Shown piece after piece: positions 1 to 14,000 of a stretch of DNA of 64,000 nucleotides. Below the pieces are notes generated by a model. It did no database searches. It had not been told where the DNA came from and worked only from the letters and a program-made list of their open reading frames with translations. The stretch is from Eledone cirrhosa (Eukaryota). A program made the translations under genes and the position numbers. The first letter of the stretch is position 1. Every line of letters begins with the position of its first letter. The stretch lies in contig OZ024740.1 of assembly GCA_964016885.1 (NCBI GenBank), positions 40,610,001-40,674,000 of the forward strand. Reading direction: 5' to 3'.

Positions 1-2012
1 ACAATTTCAATGCTTCTATCTTCAATCCATTGGATCTTGAAAAACTGCCATTATTATTGCCTAAATATTTTGGGTAAAACAAAGCATGTTTTCCTAAGCA
101 CTGCATCTTATATATCAACTGATAAGTAAAACTTGCTACTTACAGAGTAATATTCACCTTAGTTTTGTATGCTGGAATTAAAGTGTTTACAAAACAAGCC
201 AAAATTGATGATGTGCAACACATGACAACTACTAATTTGTCTTGTTAATTATATATATTACCATACCAACATTCTCATTACAGTGATATTATCAAAATCT
301 TGAAACATAAGAAAATGCTATATACTAAATTGAAATTTCATTTCATTGTCTGAGTAAAATATTCAATTTACAGAAAATTAACCTCAGAAGTTAAGAATAA
401 AAAATTAAAAGATTTTATTATCTTACTGATAGTTGTATTTTCCTTTAATGTCGATCACATCTGCCAATAAATGAAACACAGAAACACACACACAAACTCA
501 TTTTTAACACAAAGTTAAGCTAGGAAACACTTGTGAGAAATATATTCAAATCTAAAGAATTATGGTTTTTATGTAGAAATTAGAATACACTTACATTAAT
601 TTTTCCAACTAGTCCAATACCTTAAATGAATCAGTTGTAGAGACAAAAAAAAATATCCATAACCTTTACAGTTATGTATTGACAATATATTCTGTATTTA
701 CTAAACGATTACAAAACTATGGTTTAAATATTCCTTAAACTATCAATTTAACATTTCAAAAGACCAACAGAAAATAGAAATGAAGATGTCTTATCTGATG
801 GAAATATTCTACTTTGCCCTTTTCATGTCAGCATTATATCTGCCAAGGATAAAAAATTACACAAACACACACACATATGCAGTCAAAAAGGCTACATCAA
901 TTTTAATGCACAGAAAAGCAATTTCATGTTATATTAAAATTGTTTATCATTTTACATTCCATGTTCAAGTTATACTGACATTCACTAAAGTTGGAAAACA
1001 GTTTCATACCAGCACAATTTCAATCTTTCTGCCTTGAATCCACATCATTTCTCTAAACACTTTCCATTTTCAGTACCTAAACCTTTTCTGTGAAACAAAT
1101 AGAGCATGTTTTCCGAAACACTACAAACTAGTTGAAAGGAAAGAATTCTTTCTTACACTACAATATTCAAATATATTATTTCAACAACAAACCTACATGT
1201 ATAATATAATACATATCAAGAGTCATTCTATACAGATAATATCTATACTACAATGAGACACAAAATGTTTATGTTATAATTACAGAAGCATGTTATTTTA
1301 AGATGAAAATGTTTAATCTGAAATTAATTTACATCAATGAAAAATAGAAATTCACAATCACAGAATCAAAATTTATCATACATATTAATCATGCAAGAAA
1401 TGTGAAGTAAAAAAAAAATTAATTCACAAAAACAAATATTTAGCTTATCTTTGTTGGCTTTCATGTATTTTGTGTTATATTGTTGATCACATCTGTCAAG
1501 AAACAAAATAGAGAGAAACACACACACACACACACACACACATACATATATATATTTTAAACATTCTTATAATGAATGTGAATTATATCTAAAATGTTAA
1601 GAATTATAACTTTCAAGTAGAAAACTGAAAAACACTTACAGGAAACTTTCAAACTACTCCAATTCCTTAAATGAGAATAATTTAGGAGAAAAACAATCTT
1701 ATAACCTACATACGTAGAAAAGAATTAGGAAATTTGTTTTTTTCACATATCTATCAAGGACATTATATAAAATATTTACTTTAACACACCAAAAGACCAA
1801 TAGTTAATAGAGAGGAAGGAAAAACATCTTAGCTTAGTGAACGGTTCTATCTGATCTCCTGTATGTCATCTTTACATCTGCTAATGATAGAAACTTACAT
1901 ACATAGCCAGAAAATAATAATATACTTAGAAGTCAATAATTTCACTGTTATATTGATATTATATATTATTTGGCATTCACACATACTAATAGAAAAGAAT
2001 TGATCATACCGC
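1..2012. repeat. Representative unit, a diverged dimer of two ~1 kb sub-units
   Basis: Homologous blocks lie ~1.0 kb apart: agcatgttttcc 83-94 vs 1103-1114; gatcacatctg ~453-463 vs ~1485-1495; acacttaca...ccttaaatga ~587-629 vs ~1632-1674; aaaagaccaa ~758 vs ~1791; tcatacc(a)gcacaatttcaat ~1004 vs ~2004. Confidence 0.9.
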
Positions 2013-2072
2013 ACAATTTCAATGCTTCTATCTTCAATCCATTGGATCTTGAAAAACTGCCATTATTATTGC
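144..2072 (-). other. Putative chain of micro-exons (about 12 per unit) of a non-coding or decayed spliced transcript
   Basis: Minus-strand acceptor|segment|donor sets: 2010-2072 (tttag|..|gtatga), 1833-1877 (tagcag|..|ctaaga), 1640-1665 (tttaag|..|gtaagt), 1449-1492 (ttgacag|..|ataagc), 1284-1317 (tttcag|..|gtaatt), 1157-1192 (gtag|..|gtaaga), 1010-1076 (tttag|..|gtatga), 795-839 (ttggcag|..|ataaga), 595-620 (tttaag|..|gtaagt), 427-460 (ttggcag|..|gtaaga), 282-324 (tttag|..|gtaatg, weak), 144-171 (ttccag|..|gtaagt). Confidence 0.55.
1519..1554. repeat. (CA)n/(TA)n microsatellite, length-variable in every unit
   Basis: cacacaca...catacatatatata; copy-number differences account for most period changes (2002, 2006, 2010, 2012, 2014). 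Confidence 0.95.
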
Positions 2073-5000
2073 CTAAATATTTTGGGTAAAACAAAGCATG
2101 TTTTCCTAAGCACTGCATCTTATATATCAACTGATAAGTAAAACTTGCTACTTACAGAGTAATATTCACCTTAGTTTTGTATGCTGGAATTAAAGTGTTT
2201 ACAAAACAAGCCAAAATTGATGATGTGCAACACATGACAACTACTAATTTGTCTTGTTAATTATATATATTACCATACCAACATTCTCATTACAGTGATA
2301 TTATCAAAATCTTGAAACATAAGAAAATGCTATATACTAAATTGAAATTTCATTTCATTGTCTGAGTAAAATATTCAATTTACAGAAAATTAACCTCAGA
2401 AGTTAAGAATAAAAAATTAAAAGATTTTATTATCTTACTGATAGTTGTATTTTCCTTTAATGTCGATCACATCTGCCAATAAATGAAACACAGAAACACA
2501 CACACAAACTCATTTTTAACACAAAGTTAAGCTAGGAAACACTTGTGAGAAATATATTCAAATCTAAAGAATTATGGTTTTTATGTAGAAATTAGAATAC
2601 ACTTACATTAATTTTTCCAACTAGTCCAATACCTTAAATGAATCAGTTGTAGAGACAAAAAAAAATATCCATAACCTTTACAGTTATGTATTGACAATAT
2701 ATTCTGTATTTACTAAACGATTACAAAACTATGGTTTAAATATTCCTTAAACTATCAATTTAACATTACAAAAGACCAACAGAAAATAGAAATGAAGATG
2801 TCTTATCTGATGGAAATATTCTACTTTGCCCTTTTCATGTCAGCATTATATCTGCCAAGGATAAAAAATTACACAAACACACACACATATGCAGTCAAAA
2901 AGGCTACATCAATTTTAATGCACAGAAAAGCAATTTCATGTTATATTAAAATTGTTTATCATTTTACATTCCATGTTCAAGTTATACTGACATTCACTAA
3001 AGTTGGAAAACAGTTTCATACCAGCACAATTTCAATCTTTCTGCCTTGAATCCACATCATTTCTCTAAACACTTTCCATTTTCAGTACCTAAACCTTTTC
3101 TGTGAAACAAATAGAGCATGTTTTCCGAAACACTACAAACTAGTTGAAAGGAAAGAAATCTTTCTTACACTACAATATTCAAATATATTATTTCAACAAC
3201 AAACCTACATGTATAATATAATACATATCAAGAGTCATTCTATACAGATAATATCTATACTACAATGAGACACAAAATGTTTATGTTATAATTACAGAAG
3301 CATGTTATTTTAAGATGAAAATGTTTAATCTGAAATTAATTTACATCAATGAAAAATAGAAATTCACAATCACAGAATCAAAATTTATCATACATATTAA
3401 TCATGCAAGAAATGTGAAGTAAAAAAAAAATTAATTCACAAAAACAAATATTTAGCTTATCTTTGTTGGCTTTCATGTATTTTGTGTTATATTGTTGATC
3501 ACATCTGTCAAGAAACAAAATAGAGAGAAACAGACACACACACACACACACACATACATATATATATTTTAAACATTCTTATAATGAATGTGAATTATAT
3601 CTAAAATGTTAAGAATTATAACTTTCAAGTAGAAAACTGAAAAACACTTACAGTAAACTTTCAAACTACTCCAATTCCTTAAATGAGAATAATTTAGGAG
3701 AAAAACAATCTTATAACCTACATACGTAGAAAAGAATTAGGAAATTTGTTTTTTTCACATATCGATCAAGGACATTATATAAAATATTTACTTTAACACA
3801 CCAAAAGACCAATAGTTAATAGAGAGGAAGGAAAAACATCTTAGCTTAGTGAACGGTTCTATCTGATCTCCTGTATGTCATCTTTACATCTGCTAATGAT
3901 AGAAACTTACATACATAGCCAGAAAATAATAATATACTTAGAAGTCAATAATTTCACTGTTATATTGATATTATATATTATTTGGCATTCACACATACTA
4001 ATAGAAAAGAATTGATCATACCGCACAATTTCAATGCTTCTATCTTCAATCCATTGGATCTTGAAAAACTGCCATTATTATTGCCTAAATATTTTGGGTA
4101 AAACAAAGCATGTTTTCCTAAGCACTGCATCTTATATATCAACTGATAAGTAAAACTTGCTACTTACAGAGTAATATTCACCTTAGTTTTGTATGCTGGA
4201 ATTAAAGTGTTTACAAAACAAGCCAAAATTGATGATGTGCAACACATGACAACTACTAATTTGTCTTGTTAATTATATATATTACCATACCAACATTCTC
4301 ATTACAGTGATATTATCAAAATCTTGAAACATAAGAAAATGCTATATACTAAATTGAAATTTCATTTCATTGTCTGAGTAAAATATTCAATTTACAGAAA
4401 ATTAACCTCAGAAGTTAAGAATAAAAAATTAAAAGATTTTATTATCTTACTGATAGTTGTATTTTCCTTTAATGTCGATCACATCTGCCAATAAATGAAA
4501 CACAGAAACACACACACAAACTCATTTTTAACACAAAGTTAAGCTAGGAAACACTTGTGAGAAATATATTCAAATCTAAAGAATTATGGTTTTTATGTAG
4601 AAATTAGAATACACTTACATTAATTTTTCCAACTAGTCCAATACCTTAAATGAATCAGTTGTAGAGACAAAAAAAAATATCCATAACCTTTACAGTTATG
4701 TATTGACAATATATTCTGTATTTACTAAACGATTACAAAACTATGGTTTAAATATTCCTTAAACTATCAATTTAACATTTCAAAAGACCAACAGAAAATA
4801 GAAATGAAGATGTCTTATCTGATGGAAATATTCTACTTTGCCCTTTTCATGTCAGCATTATATCTGCCAAGGATAAAAAATTACACAAACACACACACAT
4901 ATGCAGTCAAAAAGGCTACATCAATTTTAATGCACAGAAAAGCAATTTCATGTTATATTAAAATTGTTTATCATTTTACATTCCATGTTCAAGTTATACT

Positions 5001-8000
5001 GACATTCACTAAAGTTGGAAAACAGTTTCATACCAGCACAATTTCAATCTTTCTGCCTTGAATCCACATCATTTCTCTAAACACTTTCCATTTTCAGTAC
5101 CTAAACCTTTTCTGTGAAACAAATAGAGCATGTTTTCCGAAACACTACAAACTAGTTGAAAGGAAAGAATTCTTTCTTACACTACAATATTCAAATATAT
5201 TATTTCAACAACAAACCTACATGTATAATATAATACATATCAAGAGTCATTCTATACAGATAATATCTATACTACAATGAGACACAAAATGTTTATGTTA
5301 TAATTACAGAAGCATGTTATTTTAAGATGAAAATGTTTAATCTGAAATTAATTTACATCAATGAAAAATAGAAATTCACAATCACAGAATCAAAATTTAT
5401 CATACATATTAATCATGCAAGAAATGTGAAGTAAAAAAAAAATTAATTCACAAAAACAAATATTTAGCTTATCTTTGTTGGCTTTCATGTATTTTGTGTT
5501 ATATTGTTGATCACATCTGTCAAGAAACAAAATAGAGAGAAACACACACACACACACACACACATACATATATATATTTTAAACATTCTTATAATGAATG
5601 TGAATTATATCTAAAATGTTAAGAATTATAACTTTCAAGTAGAAAACTGAAAAACACTTACAGGAAACTTTCAAACTACTCCAATTCCTTAAATGAGAAT
5701 AATTTAGGAGAAAAACAATCTTATAACCTACATACGTAGAAAAGAATTAGGAAATTTGTTTTTTTCACATATCTATCAAGGACATTATATAAAATATTTA
5801 CTTTAACACACCAAAAGACCAATAGTTAATAGAGAGGAAGGAAAAACATCTTAGCTTAGTGAACGGTTCTATCTGATCTCCTGTATGTCATCTTTACATC
5901 TGCTAATGATAGAAACTTACATACATAGCCAGAAAATAATAATATACTTAGAAGTCAATAATTTCACTGTTATATTGATATTATATATTATTTGGCATTC
6001 ACACATACTAATAGAAAAGAATTGATCATACCGCACAATTTCAATGCTTCTATCTTCAATCCATTGGATCTTGAAAAACTGCCATTATTATTGCCTAAAT
6101 ATTTTGGGTAAAACAAAGCATGTTTTCCTAAGCACTGCATCTTATATATCAACTGATAAGTAAAACTTGCTACTTACAGAGTAATATTCACCTTAGTTTT
6201 GTATGCTGGAATTAAAGTGTTTACAAAACAAGCCAAAATTGATGATGTGCAACACATGACAACTACTAATTTGTCTTGTTAATTATATATATTACCATAC
6301 CAACATTCTCATTACAGTGATATTATCAAAATCTTGAAACATAAGAAAATGCTATATACTAAATTGAAATTTCATTTCATTGTCTGAGTAAAATATTCAA
6401 TTTACAGAAAATTAACCTCAGAAGTTAAGAATAAAAAATTAAAAGATTTTATTATCTTACTGATAGTTGTATTTTCCTTTAATGTCGATCACATCTGCCA
6501 ATAAATGAAACACAGAAACACACACACAAACTCATTTTTAACACAAAGTTAAGCTAGGAAACACTTGTGAGAAATATATTCAAATCTAAAGAATTATGGT
6601 TTTTATGTAGAAATTAGAATACACTTACATTAATTTTTCCAACTAGTCCAATACCTTAAATGAATCAGTTGTAGAGACAAAAAAAAATATCCATAACCTT
6701 TACAGTTATGTATTGACAATATATTCTGTATTTACTAAACGATTACAAAACTATGGTTTAAATATTCCTTAAACTATCAATTTAACATTTCAAAAGACCA
6801 ACAGAAAATAGAAATGAAGATGTCTTATCTGATGGAAATATTCTACTTTGCCCTTTTCATGTCAGCATTATATCTGCCAAGGATAAAAAATTACACAAAC
6901 ACACACACATATGCAGTCAAAAAGGCTACATCAATTTTAATGCACAGAAAAGCAATTTCATGTTATATCAAAATTGTTTATCATTTTACATTCCATGTTC
7001 AAGTTATACTGACATTCACTAAAGTTGGAAAACAGTTTCATACCAGCACAATTTCAATCTTTCTGCCTTGAATTCACATCATTTCTCTAAACACTTTCCA
7101 TTTTCAGTACCTAAACCTTTTCTGTGAAACAAATAGAGCAGGTTTTCCGAAACACTACAAACTAGTTGAAAGGAAAGAATTCTTTCTTACACTACAATAT
7201 TAAAATATATTATTTCAACAACAAACCTACATGTATAATATAATACATATCAAGAGTCATTCTATACAGATAATATCTATACTACAATGAGACACAAAAT
7301 GTTTATGTTATAATTACAGAAGCATGTTATTTTAAGAAGAAAATGTTTAATCTGAAATTAATTTACATCAATGAAAAATAGAAATTCACAATCACAGAAT
7401 CAAAATTTATCATACATATTAATCATGCAAGAAATGTGAAGTAAAAAAAAAATTAATTCACAAAAACAAATATTTAGCTTATCTTTGTTGGCTTTCATGT
7501 ATTTTGTGTTATATTGTTGATCACATCTGTCAAGAAACAAAATAGAGAGAAACAGACACACACACATACATATATATATTTTAAACATTCTTATAATGAA
7601 TGTGAATTATATCTAAAATGTTAAGAATTATAACTTTCAAGTAGAAAACTGAAAAACACTTACAGTAAACTTTCAAACTACTCCAATTCCTTAAATGAGA
7701 ATAATTTAGGAGAAAAACAATCTTATAACCTACATACGTAGAAAAGAATTAGGAAATTTGTTTTTTTCACATATCGATCAAGGACATTATATAAAATATT
7801 TACTTTAACACACCAAAAGACCAATAGTTAATAGAGAGGAAGGAAAAACATCTTAGCTTAGTGAACGGTTCTATCTGATCTCCTGTATGTCATCTTTACA
7901 TCTGCTAATGATAGAAACTTACATACATAGCCAGAAAATAATAATATACTTAGAAGTCAATAATTTCACTGTTATATTGATATTATATATTATTTGGCAT

Positions 8001-11000
8001 TCACACATACTAATAGAAAAGAATTGATCATACCGCACAATTTCAATGCTTCTATCTTCAATCCATTGGATCTTGAAAAACTGCCATTATTATTGCCTAA
8101 ATATTTTGGGTAAAACAAAGCATGTTTTCCTAAGCACTGCATCTTATATATCAACTGATAAGTAAAACTTGCTACTTACAGAGTAATATTCACCTTAGTT
8201 TTGTATGCTGGAATTAAAGTGTTTACAAAACAAGCCAAAATTGATGATGTGCAACACATGACAACTACTAATTTGTCTTGTTAATTATATATATTACCAT
8301 ACCAACATTCTCATTACAGTGATATTATCAAAATCTTGAAACATAAGAAAATGCTATATACTAAATTGAAATTTCATTTCATTGTCTGAGTAAAATATTC
8401 AATTTACAGAAAATTAACCTCAGAAGTTAAGAATAAAAAATTAAAAGATTTTATTATCTTACTGATAGTTGTATTTTCCTTTAATGTCGATCACATCTGC
8501 CAATAAATGAAACACAGAAACACACACACAAACTCATTTTTAACACAAAGTTAAGCTAGGAAACACTTGTGAGAAATATATTCAAATCTAAAGAATTATG
8601 GTTTTTATGTAGAAATTAGAATACACTTACATTAATTTTTCCAACTAGTCCAATACCTTAAATGAATCAGTTGTAGAGACAAAAAAAAATATCCATAACC
8701 TTTACAGTTATGTATTGACAATATATTCTGTATTTACTAAACGATTACAAAACTATGGTTTAAATATTCCTTAAACTATCAATTTAACATTTCAAAAGAC
8801 CAACAGAAAATAGAAATGAAGATGTCTTATCTGATGGAAATATTCTACTTTGCCCTTTTCATGTCAGCATTATATCTGCCAAGGATAAAAAATTACACAA
8901 ACACACACACATATGCAGTCAAAAAGGCTACATCAATTTTAATGCACAGAAAAGCAATTTCATGTTATATCAAAATTGTTTATCATTTTACATTCCATGT
9001 TCAAGTTATACTGACATTCACTAAAGTTGGAAAACAGTTTCATACCAGCACAATTTCAATCTTTCTGCCTTGAATTCACATCATTTCTCTAAACACTTTC
9101 CATTTTCAGTACCTAAACCTTTTCTGTGAAACAAATAGAGCAGGTTTTCCGAAACACTACAAACTAGTTGAAAGGAAAGAATTCTTTCTTACACTACAAT
9201 ATTAAAATATATTATTTCAACAACAAACCTACATGTATAATATAATACATATCAAGAGTCATTCTATACAGATAATATCTATACTACAATGAGACACAAA
9301 ATGTTTATGTTATAATTACAGAAGCATGTTATTTTAAGAAGAAAATGTTTAATCTGAAATTAATTTACATCAATGAAAAATAGAAATTCACAATCACAGA
9401 ATCAAAATTTATCATACATATTAATCATGCAAGAAATGTGAAGTAAAAAAAAAATTAATTCACAAAAACAAATATTTAGCTTATCTTTGTTGGCTTTCAT
9501 GTATTTTGTGTTATATTGTTGATCACATCTGTCAAGAAACAAAATAGAGAGAAACAGACACACACACATACATATATATATTTTAAACATTCTTATAATG
9601 AATGTGAATTATATCTAAAATGTTAAGAATTATAACTTTCAAGTAGAAAACTGAAAAACACTTACAGTAAACTTTCAAACTACTCCAATTCCTTAAATGA
9701 GAATAATTTAGGAGAAAAACAATCTTATAACCTACATACGTAGAAAAGAATTAGGAAATTTGTTTTTTTCACATATCGATCAAGGACATTATATAAAATA
9801 TTTACTTTAACACACCAAAAGACCAATAGTTAATAGAGAGGAAGGAAAAACATCTTAGCTTAGTGAACGGTTCTATCTGATCTCCTGTATGTCATCTTTA
9901 CATCTGCTAATGATAGAAACTTACATACATAGCCAGAAAATAATAATATACTTAGAAGTCAATAATTTCACTGTTATATTGATATTATATATTATTTGGC
10001 ATTCACACATACTAATAGAAAAGAATTGATCATACCGCACAATTTCAATGCTTCTATCTTCAATCCATTGGATCTTGAAAAACTGCCATTATTATTGCCT
10101 AAATATTTTGGGTAAAACAAAGCATGTTTTCCTAAGCACTGCATCTTATATATCAACTGATAAGTAAAACTTGCTACTTACAGAGTAATATTCACCTTAG
10201 TTTTGTATGCTGGAATTAAAGTGTTTACAAAACAAGCCAAAATTGATGATGTGCAACACATGACAACTACTAATTTGTCTTGTTAATTATATATATTACC
10301 ATACCAACATTCTCATTACAGTGATATTATCAAAATCTTGAAACATAAGAAAATGCTATATACTAAATTGAAATTTCATTTCATTGTCTGAGTAAAATAT
10401 TCAATTTACAGAAAATTAACCTCAGAAGTTAAGAATAAAAAATTAAAAGATTTTATTATCTTACTGATAGTTGTATTTTCCTTTAATGTCGATCACATCT
10501 GCCAATAAATGAAACACAGAAACACACACACAAACTCATTTTTAACACAAAGTTAAGCTAGGAAACACTTGTGAGAAATATATTCAAATCTAAAGAATTA
10601 TGGTTTTTATGTAGAAATTAGAATACACTTACATTAATTTTTCCAACTAGTCCAATACCTTAAATGAATCAGTTGTAGAGACAAAAAAAAATATCCATAA
10701 CCTTTACAGTTATGTATTGACAATATATTCTGTATTTACTAAACGATTACAAAACTATGGTTTAAATATTCCTTAAACTATCAATTTAACATTACAAAAG
10801 ACCAACAGAAAATAGAAATGAAGATGTCTTATCTGATGGAAATATTCTACTTTGCCCTTTTCATGTCAGCATTATATCTGCCAAGGATAAAAAATTACAC
10901 AAACACACACACATATGCAGTCAAAAAGGCTACATCAATTTTAATGCACAGAAAAGCAATTTCATGTTATATTAAAATTGTTTATCATTTTACATTCCAT

Positions 11001-14000
11001 GTTCAAGTTATACTGACATTCACTAAAGTTGGAAAACAGTTTCATACCAGCACAATTTCAATCTTTCTGCCTTGAATCCACATCATTTCTCTAAACACTT
11101 TCCATTTTCAGTACCTAAACCTTTTCTGTGAAACAAATAGAGCATGTTTTCCGAAACACTACAAACTAGTTGAAAGGAAAGAAATCTTTCTTACACTACA
11201 ATATTCAAATATATTATTTCAACAACAAACCTACATGTATAATATAATACATATCAAGAGTCATTCTATACAGATAATATCTATACTACAATGAGACACA
11301 AAATGTTTATGTTATAATTACAGAAGCATGTTATTTTAAGATGAAAATGTTTAATCTGAAATTAATTTACATCAATGAAAAATAGAAATTCACAATCACA
11401 GAATCAAAATTTATCATACATATTAATCATGCAAGAAATGTGAAGTAAAAAAAAAATTAATTCACAAAAACAAATATTTAGCTTATCTTTGTTGGCTTTC
11501 ATGTATTTTGTGTTATATTGTTGATCACATCTGTCAAGAAACAAAATAGAGAGAAACAGACACACACACACACACACACATACATATATATATTTTAAAC
11601 ATTCTTATAATGAATGTGAATTATATCTAAAATGTTAAGAATTATAACTTTCAAGTAGAAAACTGAAAAACACTTACAGTAAACTTTCAAACTACTCCAA
11701 TTCCTTAAATGAGAATAATTTAGGAGAAAAACAATCTTATAACCTACATACGTAGAAAAGAATTAGGAAATTTGTTTTTTTCACATATCGATCAAGGACA
11801 TTATATAAAATATTTACTTTAACACACCAAAAGACCAATAGTTAATAGAGAGGAAGGAAAAACATCTTAGCTTAGTGAACGGTTCTATCTGATCTCCTGT
11901 ATGTCATCTTTACATCTGCTAATGATAGAAACTTACATACATAGCCAGAAAATAATAATATACTTAGAAGTCAATAATTTCACTGTTATATTGATATTAT
12001 ATATTATTTGGCATTCACACATACTAATAGAAAAGAATTGATCATACCGCACAATTTCAATGCTTCTATCTTCAATCCATTGGATCTTGAAAAACTGCCA
12101 TTATTATTGCCTAAATATTTTGGGTAAAACAAAGCATGTTTTCCTAAGCACTGCATCTTATATATCAACTGATAAGTAAAACTTGCTACTTACAGAGTAA
12201 TATTCACCTTAGTTTTGTATGCTGGAATTAAAGTGTTTACAAAACAAGCCAAAATTGATGATGTGCAACACATGACAACTACTAATTTGTCTTGTTAATT
12301 ATATATATTACCATACCAACATTCTCATTACAGTGATATTATCAAAATCTTGAAACATAAGAAAATGCTATATACTAAATTGAAATTTCATTTCATTGTC
12401 TGAGTAAAATATTCAATTTACAGAAAATTAACCTCAGAAGTTAAGAATAAAAAATTAAAAGATTTTATTATCTTACTGATAGTTGTATTTTCCTTTAATG
12501 TCGATCACATCTGCCAATAAATGAAACACAGAAACACACACACAAACTCATTTTTAACACAAAGTTAAGCTAGGAAACACTTGTGAGAAATATATTCAAA
12601 TCTAAAGAATTATGGTTTTTATGTAGAAATTAGAATACACTTACATTAATTTTTCCAACTAGTCCAATACCTTAAATGAATCAGTTGTAGAGACAAAAAA
12701 AAATATCCATAACCTTTACAGTTATGTATTGACAATATATTCTGTATTTACTAAACGATTACAAAACTATGGTTTAAATATTCCTTAAACTATCAATTTA
12801 ACATTTCAAAAGACCAACAGAAAATAGAAATGAAGATGTCTTATCTGATGGAAATATTCTACTTTGCCCTTTTCATGTCAGCATTATATCTGCCAAGGAT
12901 AAAAAATTACACAAACACACACACATATGCAGTCAAAAAGGCTACATCAATTTTAATGCACAGAAAAGCAATTTCATGTTATATTAAAATTGTTTATCAT
13001 TTTACATTCCATGTTCAAGTTATACTGACATTCACTAAAGTTGGAAAACAGTTTCATACCAGCACAATTTCAATCTTTCTGCCTTGAATCCACATCATTT
13101 CTCTAAACACTTTCCATTTTCAGTACCTAAACCTTTTCTGTGAAACAAATAGAGCATGTTTTCCGAAACACTACAAACTAGTTGAAAGGAAAGAAATCTT
13201 TCTTACACTACAATATTCAAATATATTATTTCAACAACAAACCTACATGTATAATATAATACATATCAAGAGTCATTCTATACAGATAATATCTATACTA
13301 CAATGAGACACAAAATGTTTATGTTATAATTACAGAAGCATGTTATTTTAAGATGAAAATGTTTAATCTGAAATTAATTTACATCAATGAAAAATAGAAA
13401 TTCACAATCACAGAATCAAAATTTATCATACATATTAATCATGCAAGAAATGTGAAGTAAAAAAAAAATTAATTCACAAAAACAAATATTTAGCTTATCT
13501 TTGTTGGCTTTCATGTATTTTGTGTTATATTGTTGATCACATCTGTCAAGAAACAAAATAGAGAGAAACAGACACACACACACACACACACATACATATA
13601 TATATTTTAAACATTCTTATAATGAATGTGAATTATATCTAAAATGTTAAGAATTATAACTTTCAAGTAGAAAACTGAAAAACACTTACAGTAAACTTTC
13701 AAACTACTCCAATTCCTTAAATGAGAATAATTTAGGAGAAAAACAATCTTATAACCTACATACGTAGAAAAGAATTAGGAAATTTGTTTTTTTCACATAT
13801 CGATCAAGGACATTATATAAAATATTTACTTTAACACACCAAAAGACCAATAGTTAATAGAGAGGAAGGAAAAACATCTTAGCTTAGTGAACGGTTCTAT
13901 CTGATCTCCTGTATGTCATCTTTACATCTGCTAATGATAGAAACTTACATACATAGCCAGAAAATAATAATATACTTAGAAGTCAATAATTTCACTGTTA

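Noticed and set aside
206-352. Box C/D snoRNA (TGATGA...CTGA) on the plus strand
   Set aside because: No terminal stem or recognisable guide, not conserved in the sister half, and CTGA is mutated to GTGA in many right-hand units.
780-1037. 85-aa ORF (MKMSYLMEIF...) repeated in nearly every unit
   Set aside because: No recognisable domain, it runs through a CA microsatellite and its recurrence only reflects array homogenisation. It is frameshifted in unit 25 (~55452) and interrupted by the LINE in unit 22.
1893-1898. Extra GTAAGT donor on the minus strand
   Set aside because: It lies only 21 nt from the next acceptor, too short for an intron. It also shows such hexamers can arise by chance, which tempers the micro-exon confidence.
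144-2072. Intact protein encoded by splicing the micro-exons
   Set aside because: Several segments have stops in all frames and homologous segments differ by non-multiples of three.
7400-7588. 62-66 aa minus-strand ORFs (MFKIYICMCVC...)
   Set aside because: They appear only when the (CA)n length happens to keep the frame, so they are microsatellite artefacts.
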